The position numbers and the translations under genes are program-made. Of a stretch of DNA of 64,000 nt, positions 45,707-54,015 are shown in pieces. The notes below the pieces were generated by a model. The model saw nothing but the letters and a program-made list of their open reading frames with translations, searched no databases and was not told the origin of the DNA. The stretch is from Candidatus Rokubacteria bacterium CSP1-6 (GTDB taxonomy: Bacteria > Methylomirabilota > Methylomirabilia > Rokubacteriales > CSP1-6), in NCBI GenBank assembly GCA_001443385.1, contig LDXP01000001.1, forward strand, positions 5,285-69,284. The letters run 5' to 3'. Numbering within the stretch: position 1 is the first letter of the stretch; every line of letters starts with the position of its first letter.

Positions 45707-47026
45707 CTACTTCTTGGCCTGCCCCGGCGGTGTCGCCGGCTTGTTGCCGTTTCCAGGATTTCCGACCGCGGCCGCAGGAACAGCCGGCACGGCCGGCGTC
45801 GCTGGAGTCGCGGGCCCGGCCACCGCCGCAGGAGTTGCTCGAGTCGCCGGCACGGCTGGCACCGCCGGAGTTGCGGGCAAAGCTGCTGCCGCAGGCGTCG
45901 CCGGTGTGGCCGGCGTTGCAGGAGTTGCAGCCGTCGCTGGCGTTGCGGGAGTCGCCGGGGTCGCCGGCACGGCGGCCACCGCGGGCGTCGCGGGAGCTGC
46001 AGGGGTCGCCGGAGTCGCCGGAGCCGCGGGGGTCGCTGGAGTTGCGGGCTCGGCCGCTGCCGCGGGGGTTGCTGGTGTCGCCGGCCCCGCTGGGGTCGCG
46101 GCGGATTGACCATTGCCTTCACCTGGGCCGCTGCCCTGTTGGCCGCTGCCCTGGCCAGTCCCCTGCTGATTTGCCTGACCGGAGCCCCCGCCATCACCAC
46201 CGCCCTGCTCGAACACCCGCACGCTCCGCGCGGAAGTCGCCAGCGCGACCCGCTCGACCTTGCTCCCGACCGCCTCGCTCTTGTCCCCGCTCCGGGCTTC
46301 CTGCGGGCGAGGCGGCGTGAGCCCCTGCAACAGCACCTTCAGGTCATCGCCGGTGAGCCGAACCCTCAGGGGATCCTGTCGCCCGCTCACGCGCACGGCC
46401 TCATAGGCCCGGACGCTCTCCGCCCGGCCCGTCCCCGCCAGCCGGTTCGACACATCCACAACGCCCGACAGCGTGATGACGACCGTCTCGCCCGACTGGG
46501 ACCCTGCATCCGCCATTGCCTGGGCGACCTGTCGGACTCCCAGAAGCCCAAAGGCCGGCGCCTGCGAGGGCACCGCCAGGGTCTCCACGATGAAGTCCGT
46601 CCCGCGGACCGAGGCCACCGCGTTCTTCGTCCGGATCTCGACCTGGTCACCGGGGCGCATCAGCATCCGCGCCACCGAGGCCCGCACCTTCCCCGACACG
46701 AGCTCGGCGGTGTAGCGGATCCCCTCGGGCATCACCTCTTCGCGGAGTTCCAGGCGGGAGAGTTCCCGCACCGTCACCGTCGTCTTTCCCGCGAGCAGCA
46801 TCCGCGCGATCCCGTCTTTGCGGGCTTCCACCACGTCGCGCCAGAAGAGGGTGTCGCGGAACTTCAAGGGTTGGGGAGTTGCCGACAGTCGCGCCACGGT
46901 TACAGGGCCAGCCACCGCTGTCACCGTCCCGGCACTGCTCAGGTTCTCGGCGCGCCCGACTGACGCGGACGCCACCCCCACCAGGACGGCTACTCCGGCT
47001 AGCAGCAGCCTAGGAGCCTTCTTCAT
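45707..47026 (-). CDS. exported FecR-domain protein, paralog 2, with Gly/Gln-rich linker and ~120-aa (P-A-T)n repeat tail
   Basis: Start at the internal ATG (MKKAPRLLLAGVAVLVGVASA), which has AGGAG upstream. The core is ~70-80% identical to its neighbours. The tail is ATPAGPATPATPAAAAEPATPATPAAPATPATPAAPATPAV...KPATPPGQAKK. Confidence 0.72.
   Translation of the reverse strand: MKKAPRLLLAGVAVLVGVASASVGRAENLSSAGTVTAVAGPVTVARLSATPQPLKFRDTLFWRDVVEARKDGIARMLLAGKTTVTVRELSRLELREEVMPEGIRYTAELVSGKVRASVARMLMRPGDQVEIRTKNAVASVRGTDFIVETLAVPSQAPAFGLLGVRQVAQAMADAGSQSGETVVITLSGVVDVSNRLAGTGRAESVRAYEAVRVSGRQDPLRVRLTGDDLKVLLQGLTPPRPQEARSGDKSEAVGSKVERVALATSARSVRVFEQGGGDGGGSGQANQQGTGQGSGQQGSGPGEGNGQSAATPAGPATPATPAAAAEPATPATPAAPATPATPAAPATPAVAAVPATPATPATPATAATPATPATPATPAAAALPATPAVPAVPATRATPAAVAGPATPATPAVPAVPAAAVGNPGNGNKPATPPGQAKK
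45725..46085. repeat. degenerate 9-bp tandem repeat array (GGCGTCGCC/GGAGTCGCC variants) encoding the (PAT)n tail
   Basis: About 40 imperfect nonamer units on the plus strand (...GGAGTCGCGGGCCCGGCCACCGCCGCAGGAGTTGCTCGAGTCGCCGGCACGGCTGGC...). The antisense ORF 45624..46109 reads (AGV)n. Confidence 0.7.
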
Positions 47027-47360
47027 AGAGTCTCCTGAAGAACCGACTGCCGGCGGGCCAGGTACGGAGCCTCGCCGAACCTTCCTCCCCGACGCCCAAC
47101 AAAGGCCATCAGGAAGGGACTTGGCGACTGCGAAGTACCGGAGCAGCATTCATGCCAGCCGATTCCCTCTCCGGCCGACGTGTAACTCCTTAATTTTTCA
47201 ACTCACTCACTGTCCAAGATGGCCATCTCCCTGCCAGGAAGGCACGCCGTCAGTGCCGAAAAGGACACCCGGCATTTCTCTTGACGCCTGTGGGTAACTC
47301 TACCCTATAGAGCCAGATTAGATTTCTGTCAAGGCCGTTCCGTTTTATTCTCTTATATTC

Positions 47361-48119
47361 CTACTTGCTACTCGGCCCTGTCGCCGTGGCTTCGTGCGGC
47401 CGTACCGGAGTCAGCCCCTTCAGAAATGATTTCATGTCGTCTCCCTGGATCTGAAGCCGGATGGGCTCCCCTTGCCCGCTGATCCGTGCCGTCTCGTACG
47501 CCCCGACCCGCTCGGCCCGGCCCGTCGCCTCCAGCCCGTTCGCTACTTCCACCACGCCCGACAGCGTCACCACCACCGTCTCCTCCGACCGGGCCGCGCC
47601 GCCGTGGATCCCTTCCGCGACCTCCCGCCCCGCCAGGAGCCCGAATGCTCTCCTCGGCGCCGGCCGCTCCCCCGTCTCCACGATGAAGTCCGTCCCCCGC
47701 ACCGACGCCACGGCGTTCCGCGTCCGCACTTCCACCTGCTCGCCCGGACCCATCAGCGCCCGCGCCACCGACGCCCGCACCTTCCCCGCCACGAGCTCCA
47801 CCGTGTAGCGCACCCCGTCCGCCCGCGCCTCCTCGCGCAACTCCAGCCGCGACAGCTCCCGCACCGTCACCGTCGTCTTCCCTCCGAGCAGGATGCGCGC
47901 AATCCCGTCCTTGCGCGCTTCGACCACGTCGCGCGAGTAGAGGGTGTCGCGGATCTTGAGGCGTTGGGGAGCCGCCGCCAGCCGCGTCACCGTGACGTTA
48001 CCGGAGACCGCCGTCACGGTACCCACAGCAGTCGGGGTCTGAGCGCTGGCGATCCCGGGGGCCCCGGTCACAAAGAGCGCGACCGCCCCCGTCACCAGCA
48101 GAATCAGGGCCTTCGTCAC
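47361..48119 (-). CDS. exported FecR-domain protein, paralog 1 (no extended tail)
   Basis: 252 aa with signal peptide MTKALILLVTGAVALFVTGAPGIASA and the same conserved core as paralogs 2 and 3. Confidence 0.72.
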   Translation of the reverse strand: MTKALILLVTGAVALFVTGAPGIASAQTPTAVGTVTAVSGNVTVTRLAAAPQRLKIRDTLYSRDVVEARKDGIARILLGGKTTVTVRELSRLELREEARADGVRYTVELVAGKVRASVARALMGPGEQVEVRTRNAVASVRGTDFIVETGERPAPRRAFGLLAGREVAEGIHGGAARSEETVVVTLSGVVEVANGLEATGRAERVGAYETARISGQGEPIRLQIQGDDMKSFLKGLTPVRPHEATATGPSSK

Positions 48120-48687
48120 GAACTCTCCAGATCACTGACCGTCGGTCGGGCCCCAATTGCTCCTCACCGACGCTTCCCTCTGGGCAAACTGCACACGGCC
48201 CCCAAAGGGGGACAATACGACTCTGCCCAAATTAAAGCAGAGTTCGTGCCAGAGCTAAGCGATTGATTCTATTGAGTCCAGTTACCACCCCCCTCTTCTA
48301 GCGGCTCAATCTGGCAACCCGTTCGAAGCCGCTTTGGTCAAGGTGACAATCCCCTACTTCCTGTGCCGGCAAGCGCGCTCGATCCAGGGTCTGTCCCGTC
48401 GGGGCCTGCCTTTGCTCCTGCCTTGATCTGCAGCCGATGTGCCAATAGACGGCGGCGTGACGGTCTTTTGTTACAGCGGGAACGGCTGACGGGTGGCAGG
48501 AACAGGCGCCGAGGCGCCCAAGGGGTAGTGGAAAATCTTGGCGGGCCGGGCAGAGAGTTGTCAGCCCGTCACTCGGCGACAAAAGCTGGCAGAGGGCCGG
48601 GTGGCCGGTAAGAAATCCCGGCGGAGCAAGTGCCCAAATCCGTCAGGGGGGCCGCTCCGCGCGGGTGGCGGCAGGCTCAGGCGGGAA

Positions 48688-50772
48688 TCAAGATTCGGGC
48701 GTCGCCGCCCGGCGCTTGACGAAATCTTCCAGGAGGTTTTCGTTCTCGAGCGACAGCCCCAGGAAGGCAAACCCCGCTCGATCGCCCTCGCTCCAGATGA
48801 CCCGGCCGTCAACGGTGAGGGGCTCGGGAAAGCCGGAGAGCTCGATCCGGATGCCGACGATGCGGTTCGCCGGAATCCGCTTGGGCAGGTTGCGCGCCGC
48901 GACGCCGGTGCGGCTGAGGTCCAGCATGGCGGCCGTGATCGTGACGTCCTCGTCCACGATGATGAGCGGCACGTCGAGGACGGCGCGGGGGGCCTGGCGC
49001 CCTTCCGCCTTCTCCACGGCGTAGATCTTCACCGGGATCTCCTTGCCCTTGACCTTCACCTCTCCCAGGTAGCGCGAGTAGAAGAGGTGTTTGACCTCCT
49101 CGTAGGTGTTCTCGCTGATCACGACGGGGGAGAGGAAGTCCTTGGTCAGGCCCTCGAGCCGGGAAGCAAGGTTGACCGTGTCGCCGATCGCCGTGTACTC
49201 GAGCCGCTGCTGGGAGCCGATGGTTCCGACGACGGCTTCCCCGGTATTGATCCCCACGCCGTTGCGGAGACGCACGCCGGACCTGGCCTCCCAGCGCTCG
49301 GAGAGGACCTTGACCTGCTCCTGAAATTCGAGCGCCGTGCGCACCGCCTGCTCGGCGTGGTTGATCTGGTCGAACGGCGCACCGTAGAGGGCCATGATCG
49401 CATCCCCGATGTACTTGTCCACCGTGCCGCCGTACTTGAAGACGATCTCGGTCATGGTGGTCAGGTAATCCCGGAGCATCTCCACCACCTCTTCAGGCTT
49501 GAGTTTCTCCGAGAGCGAGGTGAAGCCGCGAATGTCCGAGAAGAGCACGGTGATGCGCCGGCGGCTGCCGACCAGCGAGCCTTCGCTCTGTGTTTTCAGG
49601 ATCTCCTTGATGACGTCGGGGGAGAAGAACCGCGACAGGCGCCGCTTCTCGCGCTGCTCGCGGATGTAGTTGATCACCACGGCGGTGCCGTAGCCGGAGA
49701 CCAGAGCCAGCTGGACCGAGAACCAATCCACCCACAGATAAAGGCTGACGAAGGCCCAGAAGGCGACCACCGCATACGCGACTCCCACCGCCACGATCAA
49801 GAGGAACGCCCGAACCGCGCGTAGCCTGAAGGCGGCGAGAGTCCCCAGGACGGCGGCGACCAGCGTCAGGAGGGCTCCGAGGTACAGGTGGATCCTGGTC
49901 AGTCGATTGCCCTGGAGGAGGTTCTCCAACAGGTTGGCGTGAACCTCGACCCCGGGCACCCTGTCCAGGCTCGTGAGCAGCCCAGCCGAGAACGGGGTGA
50001 GAAAGTCGTCGTGAAGGGCAAGCGTCGTCGCCCCAACCATGACGATCTTCCCCTGAAAGACTTCCGGCTTCACCTCGCCGTTCAGCACCCGGTAGTACGG
50101 GATCACGGGGAACGTCCGCCGGGGACCTCGATAGTTGATGTACACCATCGGTTCCGTGGGGAGCGGCTTGGCGGGAATCCCCGCCTTGATCGCCAGGTTA
50201 TAGAGATGGAGGTCGAAGCTCTCCTGGACCCCTTGCTGGAAGGGGAGCCTGAGGTCCCCCGATCGGACGAAGCCGTCCTCGTCCGTCGCGAGGTTGATAA
50301 AGCCGAAGCTCGCGGCGCCCTTCCGGATCAGGGGAAGCGGAGGGTTGAGGTCGTCCTTGACGCCATACTCTCCCTGAGTCTTGGTCAGGTTGGCCCCCAG
50401 CACCACGTTGCCGACCCTCGCCACGGCTGCCGCCAAGGCCTGATCGTCACGGGGCCCATGGGCGCTGGGCTCGATGAAGAGGATGTCGAGGCCGATCGCT
50501 GCGGGCCGACCCCGGCTGAGGAGATCCAGCAAGCGGCCGTGGAGCGCCCGGGGCCACGGCCACGCCAGGTCGAGCTCGTCGAAGGAATCCTCGTCGATGG
50601 AGATGATGACAATGGGCGAGGCGGGGCGAATCGGCCCCCGGAGGAGAAACCGCCAGTTAAGGCTCTTGAGCTCCACGAACTCGACGACTCCCAGGAGGGT
50701 AACGAGCGCGACGACCACCCCTACCCCGGCCCCGATGAGCCACGGCCGCGCCGCCCCGGAGAAAAATTTCAT
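48688..50772 (-). CDS. CHASE2 sensor - class III adenylate/guanylate cyclase - PilZ domain protein
   Basis: The N-terminal periplasmic CHASE2 domain is flanked by TM segments. The cyclase catalytic domain contains ITVLFSDIRGFTSLSE...YIGDAIMALYGAP...GINTGEAVVGTIG. The C-terminal PilZ-like domain has R..R then D.S.G. Start at the ATG (MKFFSGAARPWLIG). Confidence 0.85.
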   Translation of the reverse strand: MKFFSGAARPWLIGAGVGVVVALVTLLGVVEFVELKSLNWRFLLRGPIRPASPIVIISIDEDSFDELDLAWPWPRALHGRLLDLLSRGRPAAIGLDILFIEPSAHGPRDDQALAAAVARVGNVVLGANLTKTQGEYGVKDDLNPPLPLIRKGAASFGFINLATDEDGFVRSGDLRLPFQQGVQESFDLHLYNLAIKAGIPAKPLPTEPMVYINYRGPRRTFPVIPYYRVLNGEVKPEVFQGKIVMVGATTLALHDDFLTPFSAGLLTSLDRVPGVEVHANLLENLLQGNRLTRIHLYLGALLTLVAAVLGTLAAFRLRAVRAFLLIVAVGVAYAVVAFWAFVSLYLWVDWFSVQLALVSGYGTAVVINYIREQREKRRLSRFFSPDVIKEILKTQSEGSLVGSRRRITVLFSDIRGFTSLSEKLKPEEVVEMLRDYLTTMTEIVFKYGGTVDKYIGDAIMALYGAPFDQINHAEQAVRTALEFQEQVKVLSERWEARSGVRLRNGVGINTGEAVVGTIGSQQRLEYTAIGDTVNLASRLEGLTKDFLSPVVISENTYEEVKHLFYSRYLGEVKVKGKEIPVKIYAVEKAEGRQAPRAVLDVPLIIVDEDVTITAAMLDLSRTGVAARNLPKRIPANRIVGIRIELSGFPEPLTVDGRVIWSEGDRAGFAFLGLSLENENLLEDFVKRRAATPES

Positions 50773-50870
50773 GCTGGCAGGGTAGCACAGGTCGGGGGAG
50801 GCTGGCATCTTCCCGACGCCACGGATTCCGCGGCTTGACCGGCAAAGTCTGCTAGACTAAAATCCGTGGG

Positions 50871-51635
50871 ATGAAAATCAAGGTGCTCGGCGTCTTCGGC
50901 AGCGAGGGCCAGGGGCAGCGTCCCTCGGCCTTCCTCGTCAACGACCGGGTGCTGGTGGACGCCGGGAGCGTGCCGGGCGCCCTCGGCATCGACGAGCAGC
51001 GGGAGATCGAGCACGCCCTCCTCAGCCACGCCCACCTGGATCACGTCGTGGGGCTCGCCTTCCTCACCGACACGCTCGCCATTACGAACGCGAAGCGACC
51101 CGTGATCGCCACGAGCATCGCGCCGGTGGTGGACGACCTGAAGAAGCACGCCTTCAACGACCGGCTCTGGCCCGATTTCTCCACGATCCCCACCTCCCAG
51201 ACCGCGGTCCTGGGCTACCGGACGCTGACGGAGGACGTCGAATCGCGAGTGGGCGAGCTCTGGGTCACGCCGATCCGCGTGGACCACACCGTGGACACCG
51301 TCGGCTTCGTGATCCACGACGGGGAAACGGGGTTCGTGTACTCGGGCGACACGGGGCCCACCGAGCGGATCTGGCAGGCGGCGCGCGAGCTCAAGGGACT
51401 CAAGGCGGTGATCGTCGAGACCGCCTTCCCCAGCCGCCTGGACGGTCTCGCCCGCGCCTCCAAGCACCTGACGCCGGTGATGCTGAGCCGGGAGATGAAG
51501 AAGATGCCGTCCGATCTTCCCCTCTGGATCTACCACATCAAGCCGCACTTCTTCGAGGAGACCGCCGAGGAGCTTCAGAAGATGGACCCGGCCCGCATCC
51601 ACATCCTGGAGCAGGGCAAGACCTACACCCTCTAG
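50871..51635 (+). CDS. metallo-beta-lactamase-fold class II 3',5'-cyclic-nucleotide phosphodiesterase-like protein
   Basis: 254 aa with the HAHLDH motif and overall similarity to class II cAMP phosphodiesterases (HxHLDH). Confidence 0.7.
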   Translation: MKIKVLGVFGSEGQGQRPSAFLVNDRVLVDAGSVPGALGIDEQREIEHALLSHAHLDHVVGLAFLTDTLAITNAKRPVIATSIAPVVDDLKKHAFNDRLWPDFSTIPTSQTAVLGYRTLTEDVESRVGELWVTPIRVDHTVDTVGFVIHDGETGFVYSGDTGPTERIWQAARELKGLKAVIVETAFPSRLDGLARASKHLTPVMLSREMKKMPSDLPLWIYHIKPHFFEETAEELQKMDPARIHILEQGKTYTL

Positions 51636-52726
51636 GATTGGGGGAGGAGGACGGCGCTCTCCGCGCTGAATTCCACCCGCACGCGATCCCCCAGCCGGAA
51701 GATCCGTCCCTCGCCCAGCGCGGGCAGCTCAACCCGGAGCAGTGTGCCCTCGCCGACCTTGACCTCGTAAATGTGGCGATCCCCCTCGAAGACCCGGGAG
51801 GCCACGGTCGCGAAGAATCCCGTCTCGCGCCCCAAGGTGGCTTCCTCGATCCGGAGGGCCTCGGGGCGAAGGCAGAGAAGCGCCCGGGCTCCCGTCCGCC
51901 ACCGGACCGGGTCGCCCGGCACCGGGAGCCGCACCCCCCCGACGGCCTCGACCAGCACGCCGGTCTCCCGAAGTTCGACCACCTGCACGGGGAGCAGGTT
52001 GGCCGCTCCCACGAACTCGGCCGCGAAGCGGCTGCGGGGACGCCGGTAGATGTCCTCCGGCGTCCCCTCCTCAACCACCGAGCCGCTCTGGAGCACCGCG
52101 ACCCGATTCGACAGGGCGAGGGCCTCCGACTGATCGTGGGTGACGTAGATCGTGGTAATGGCGAGATCCCGCTGGAGCCGGGCGAGCTCGATCCGCATCT
52201 GAGCCCGCAGCTGGGCGTCCAGGTTGGAGAGCGGCTCGTCCAGGAGGAGGAGCCGGGGTTGCACCGCGAGAGTCCGGGCCAACGCCACCCGCTGCTGCTG
52301 CCCGCCGGAGAGCTGGGACGGCCGCCGCGCCTCGAGGCCTTCCAAGCCGACCTGGGTAAGAGCAGCCGAGACCTTCTCGGCGATCTCGGCGCGGGGCAAC
52401 CTCCGTTCGCGCAGCCCGAAGGCGACGTTCTCGTACACGGTCAGATGCGGCCAGAGGGCATAGTGCTGGAAGACCAGCCCGACGTCCCGCTTCCAGGGGG
52501 GGACGGCATCGATGGGCTCTCCGTCCACGAGGATCCGCCCGGCGTCCGGCCGCGCGAAGCCCGCGATCATCCGGAGCAGCGTCGTCTTGCCGCACCCCGA
52601 CGGGCCGAGCAGCGTGAAGAATTCCCCGGGCAGGATGGTCAGCGTCACATCGCGGACCGCCCAGATCTCCCCATATCGCTTCCCGACCCCTTCCAGCCTG
52701 ACCTCGGAGGAGAGTTTGGGGCTCAT
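51632..52726 (-). CDS. ABC transporter ATP-binding protein, Fe(III)/spermidine-type with C-terminal TOBE domain (FbpC/PotA-like)
   Basis: Real start at the internal ATG (MSPKLSSEVRLEGVGKRYG), which overlaps the MFS stop (ATGA). Walker A GPSGCGKTT, signature LSGGQQQRVALAR and Walker B LLLLDEP are present. The N-terminal 380 aa of the 744-aa ORF are antisense junk. Confidence 0.88.
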   Translation of the reverse strand: MSPKLSSEVRLEGVGKRYGEIWAVRDVTLTILPGEFFTLLGPSGCGKTTLLRMIAGFARPDAGRILVDGEPIDAVPPWKRDVGLVFQHYALWPHLTVYENVAFGLRERRLPRAEIAEKVSAALTQVGLEGLEARRPSQLSGGQQQRVALARTLAVQPRLLLLDEPLSNLDAQLRAQMRIELARLQRDLAITTIYVTHDQSEALALSNRVAVLQSGSVVEEGTPEDIYRRPRSRFAAEFVGAANLLPVQVVELRETGVLVEAVGGVRLPVPGDPVRWRTGARALLCLRPEALRIEEATLGRETGFFATVASRVFEGDRHIYEVKVGEGTLLRVELPALGEGRIFRLGDRVRVEFSAESAVLLPQS

Positions 52727-53919
52727 GAGGGCTTCTCCGCGTGGGCGCGCAGCCGGACCAGCGGAACGCAGGCCAGGCCCGCCAGGGCAAGCATACCGTA
52801 GACGACGGCGGGGGTCGTCCATGTCAGGAGGGTGGTGGCCGCGACCGGCCCGATGAACGCGGCGCCGATCCGGGCGGAGTTGACCAGGCCGATAGCCTCG
52901 CCGCCCGCCCGTTGGGCGATCCGCGCCACGGCCAGCGGGAACACGGGGGCCACGCAGAGCACCTGGAAGAACCGGACCAGCCCGAAGCTCCAAGCGTCCC
53001 ATGTCAGCGCCAGGAGCGCCAGCAGGCCCGAGGAGGAGGCGAGGAACGAGGCGATGGCCCTCCGCTCGCCCAGGAGGTCGGCCAACCGCGGCGCTGCGAG
53101 CGACCCCAGGGCAGCCCCAACCCCCGAGGCGAAGATGATCAACCCGCCGATCTCCAGCGTGCTCGTGGTTGCCACGCCCAGCGGGGGAAGGATCTGGGGG
53201 AGCACCGCCGTCAGAAAGAACACCTGGACGGACCCGGCCAGCACGAGGAAGCACGCCACCAAGATCTCCCCCCAGGAGATCTGGCGCCGCTCCTCCTCGA
53301 CCGCCGCGGAGAGGCGTGGTTGGGGGACCCCCCACTGGACCAGTCCCGCGCACCCCCAGAGGATCGCCCCGCCCAGGAGGAACGACGGCACGAAGCCGAT
53401 GCGGGCCGCCGCGACGGCGCCGGCCAGCGGCCCCAGGATCTGCCCCACGGTCATCGCCGACTGGATCGCTGAGACCTCCCGCCGCACGTCCCGGTCGGGG
53501 GATCGCCCCGCGATGATGAAGGCAAAGGTCGAGGCCGCGCCCATGGCCCCGAGCACGAGACGGGCCAGGAAGAGCTCGATCAGCGACCGCGCCATCGCCA
53601 TGCCGACGAAGCCGAGCCCCTGGAGGATCTCGACCACCACGTAGAAGGTCTTGGGGTTCCCCTTTCCGGCCAACCGTCCCCAGACGGGCGTGGTAACGAC
53701 GGTGACAAGCGCCGAGATCCCCAGGATCCAGCCGGTCCACCTGAGCGTGGAGACGGGATCCACGGTGGAGAGCCGCTGGATGTAGAAGGGTAGGCTTACA
53801 TAGACGAAGGACCACGCGAAGGTCCCGAAGAAGAGCGCCACCGGGAGGATTCGTCGCGACGGCCACATCAAGCGCATCACGGCATCAGTCCATGCCGTGG
53901 CGAGAACCGAGTAGCCCAA
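52723..53919 (-). CDS. MFS transporter
   Basis: 398 aa with 12 predicted TM helices (TTPVWGRLAGKG motif). It is translationally coupled to the downstream ABC ATPase. The start could alternatively be Met-15. Confidence 0.75.
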   Translation of the reverse strand: MGYSVLATAWTDAVMRLMWPSRRILPVALFFGTFAWSFVYVSLPFYIQRLSTVDPVSTLRWTGWILGISALVTVVTTPVWGRLAGKGNPKTFYVVVEILQGLGFVGMAMARSLIELFLARLVLGAMGAASTFAFIIAGRSPDRDVRREVSAIQSAMTVGQILGPLAGAVAAARIGFVPSFLLGGAILWGCAGLVQWGVPQPRLSAAVEEERRQISWGEILVACFLVLAGSVQVFFLTAVLPQILPPLGVATTSTLEIGGLIIFASGVGAALGSLAAPRLADLLGERRAIASFLASSSGLLALLALTWDAWSFGLVRFFQVLCVAPVFPLAVARIAQRAGGEAIGLVNSARIGAAFIGPVAATTLLTWTTPAVVYGMLALAGLACVPLVRLRAHAEKPS

Positions 53920-54015
53920 GGCCCGAGGGAGGAGCCCACCGGAGGCGTACGCGGTTGTACGTTGAGGATGGGCGACGACCGAGAACGCCGAGATGCGAAG
54001 GTTATCGCCACGGCA

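Noticed and set aside
45624-46320. Plus-strand ORFs encoding (AGV)n and Pro/Arg-rich peptides
   Set aside because: They are the antisense reading of the (PAT)n nonamer repeat inside FecR paralog 2.
48281-48340. Possible tRNA (TTCGAA loop) in the 570-bp intergenic region
   Set aside because: Only a T-loop-like heptamer inside a simple 7-bp hairpin is present. There are no acceptor/anticodon arms, so no tRNA is called.
51632-53866. 744-aa minus-strand ORF as one gene
   Set aside because: Only the last 364 aa form the ABC ATPase. The rest overlaps the MFS gene out of frame. The internal ATG shows ATGA coupling.
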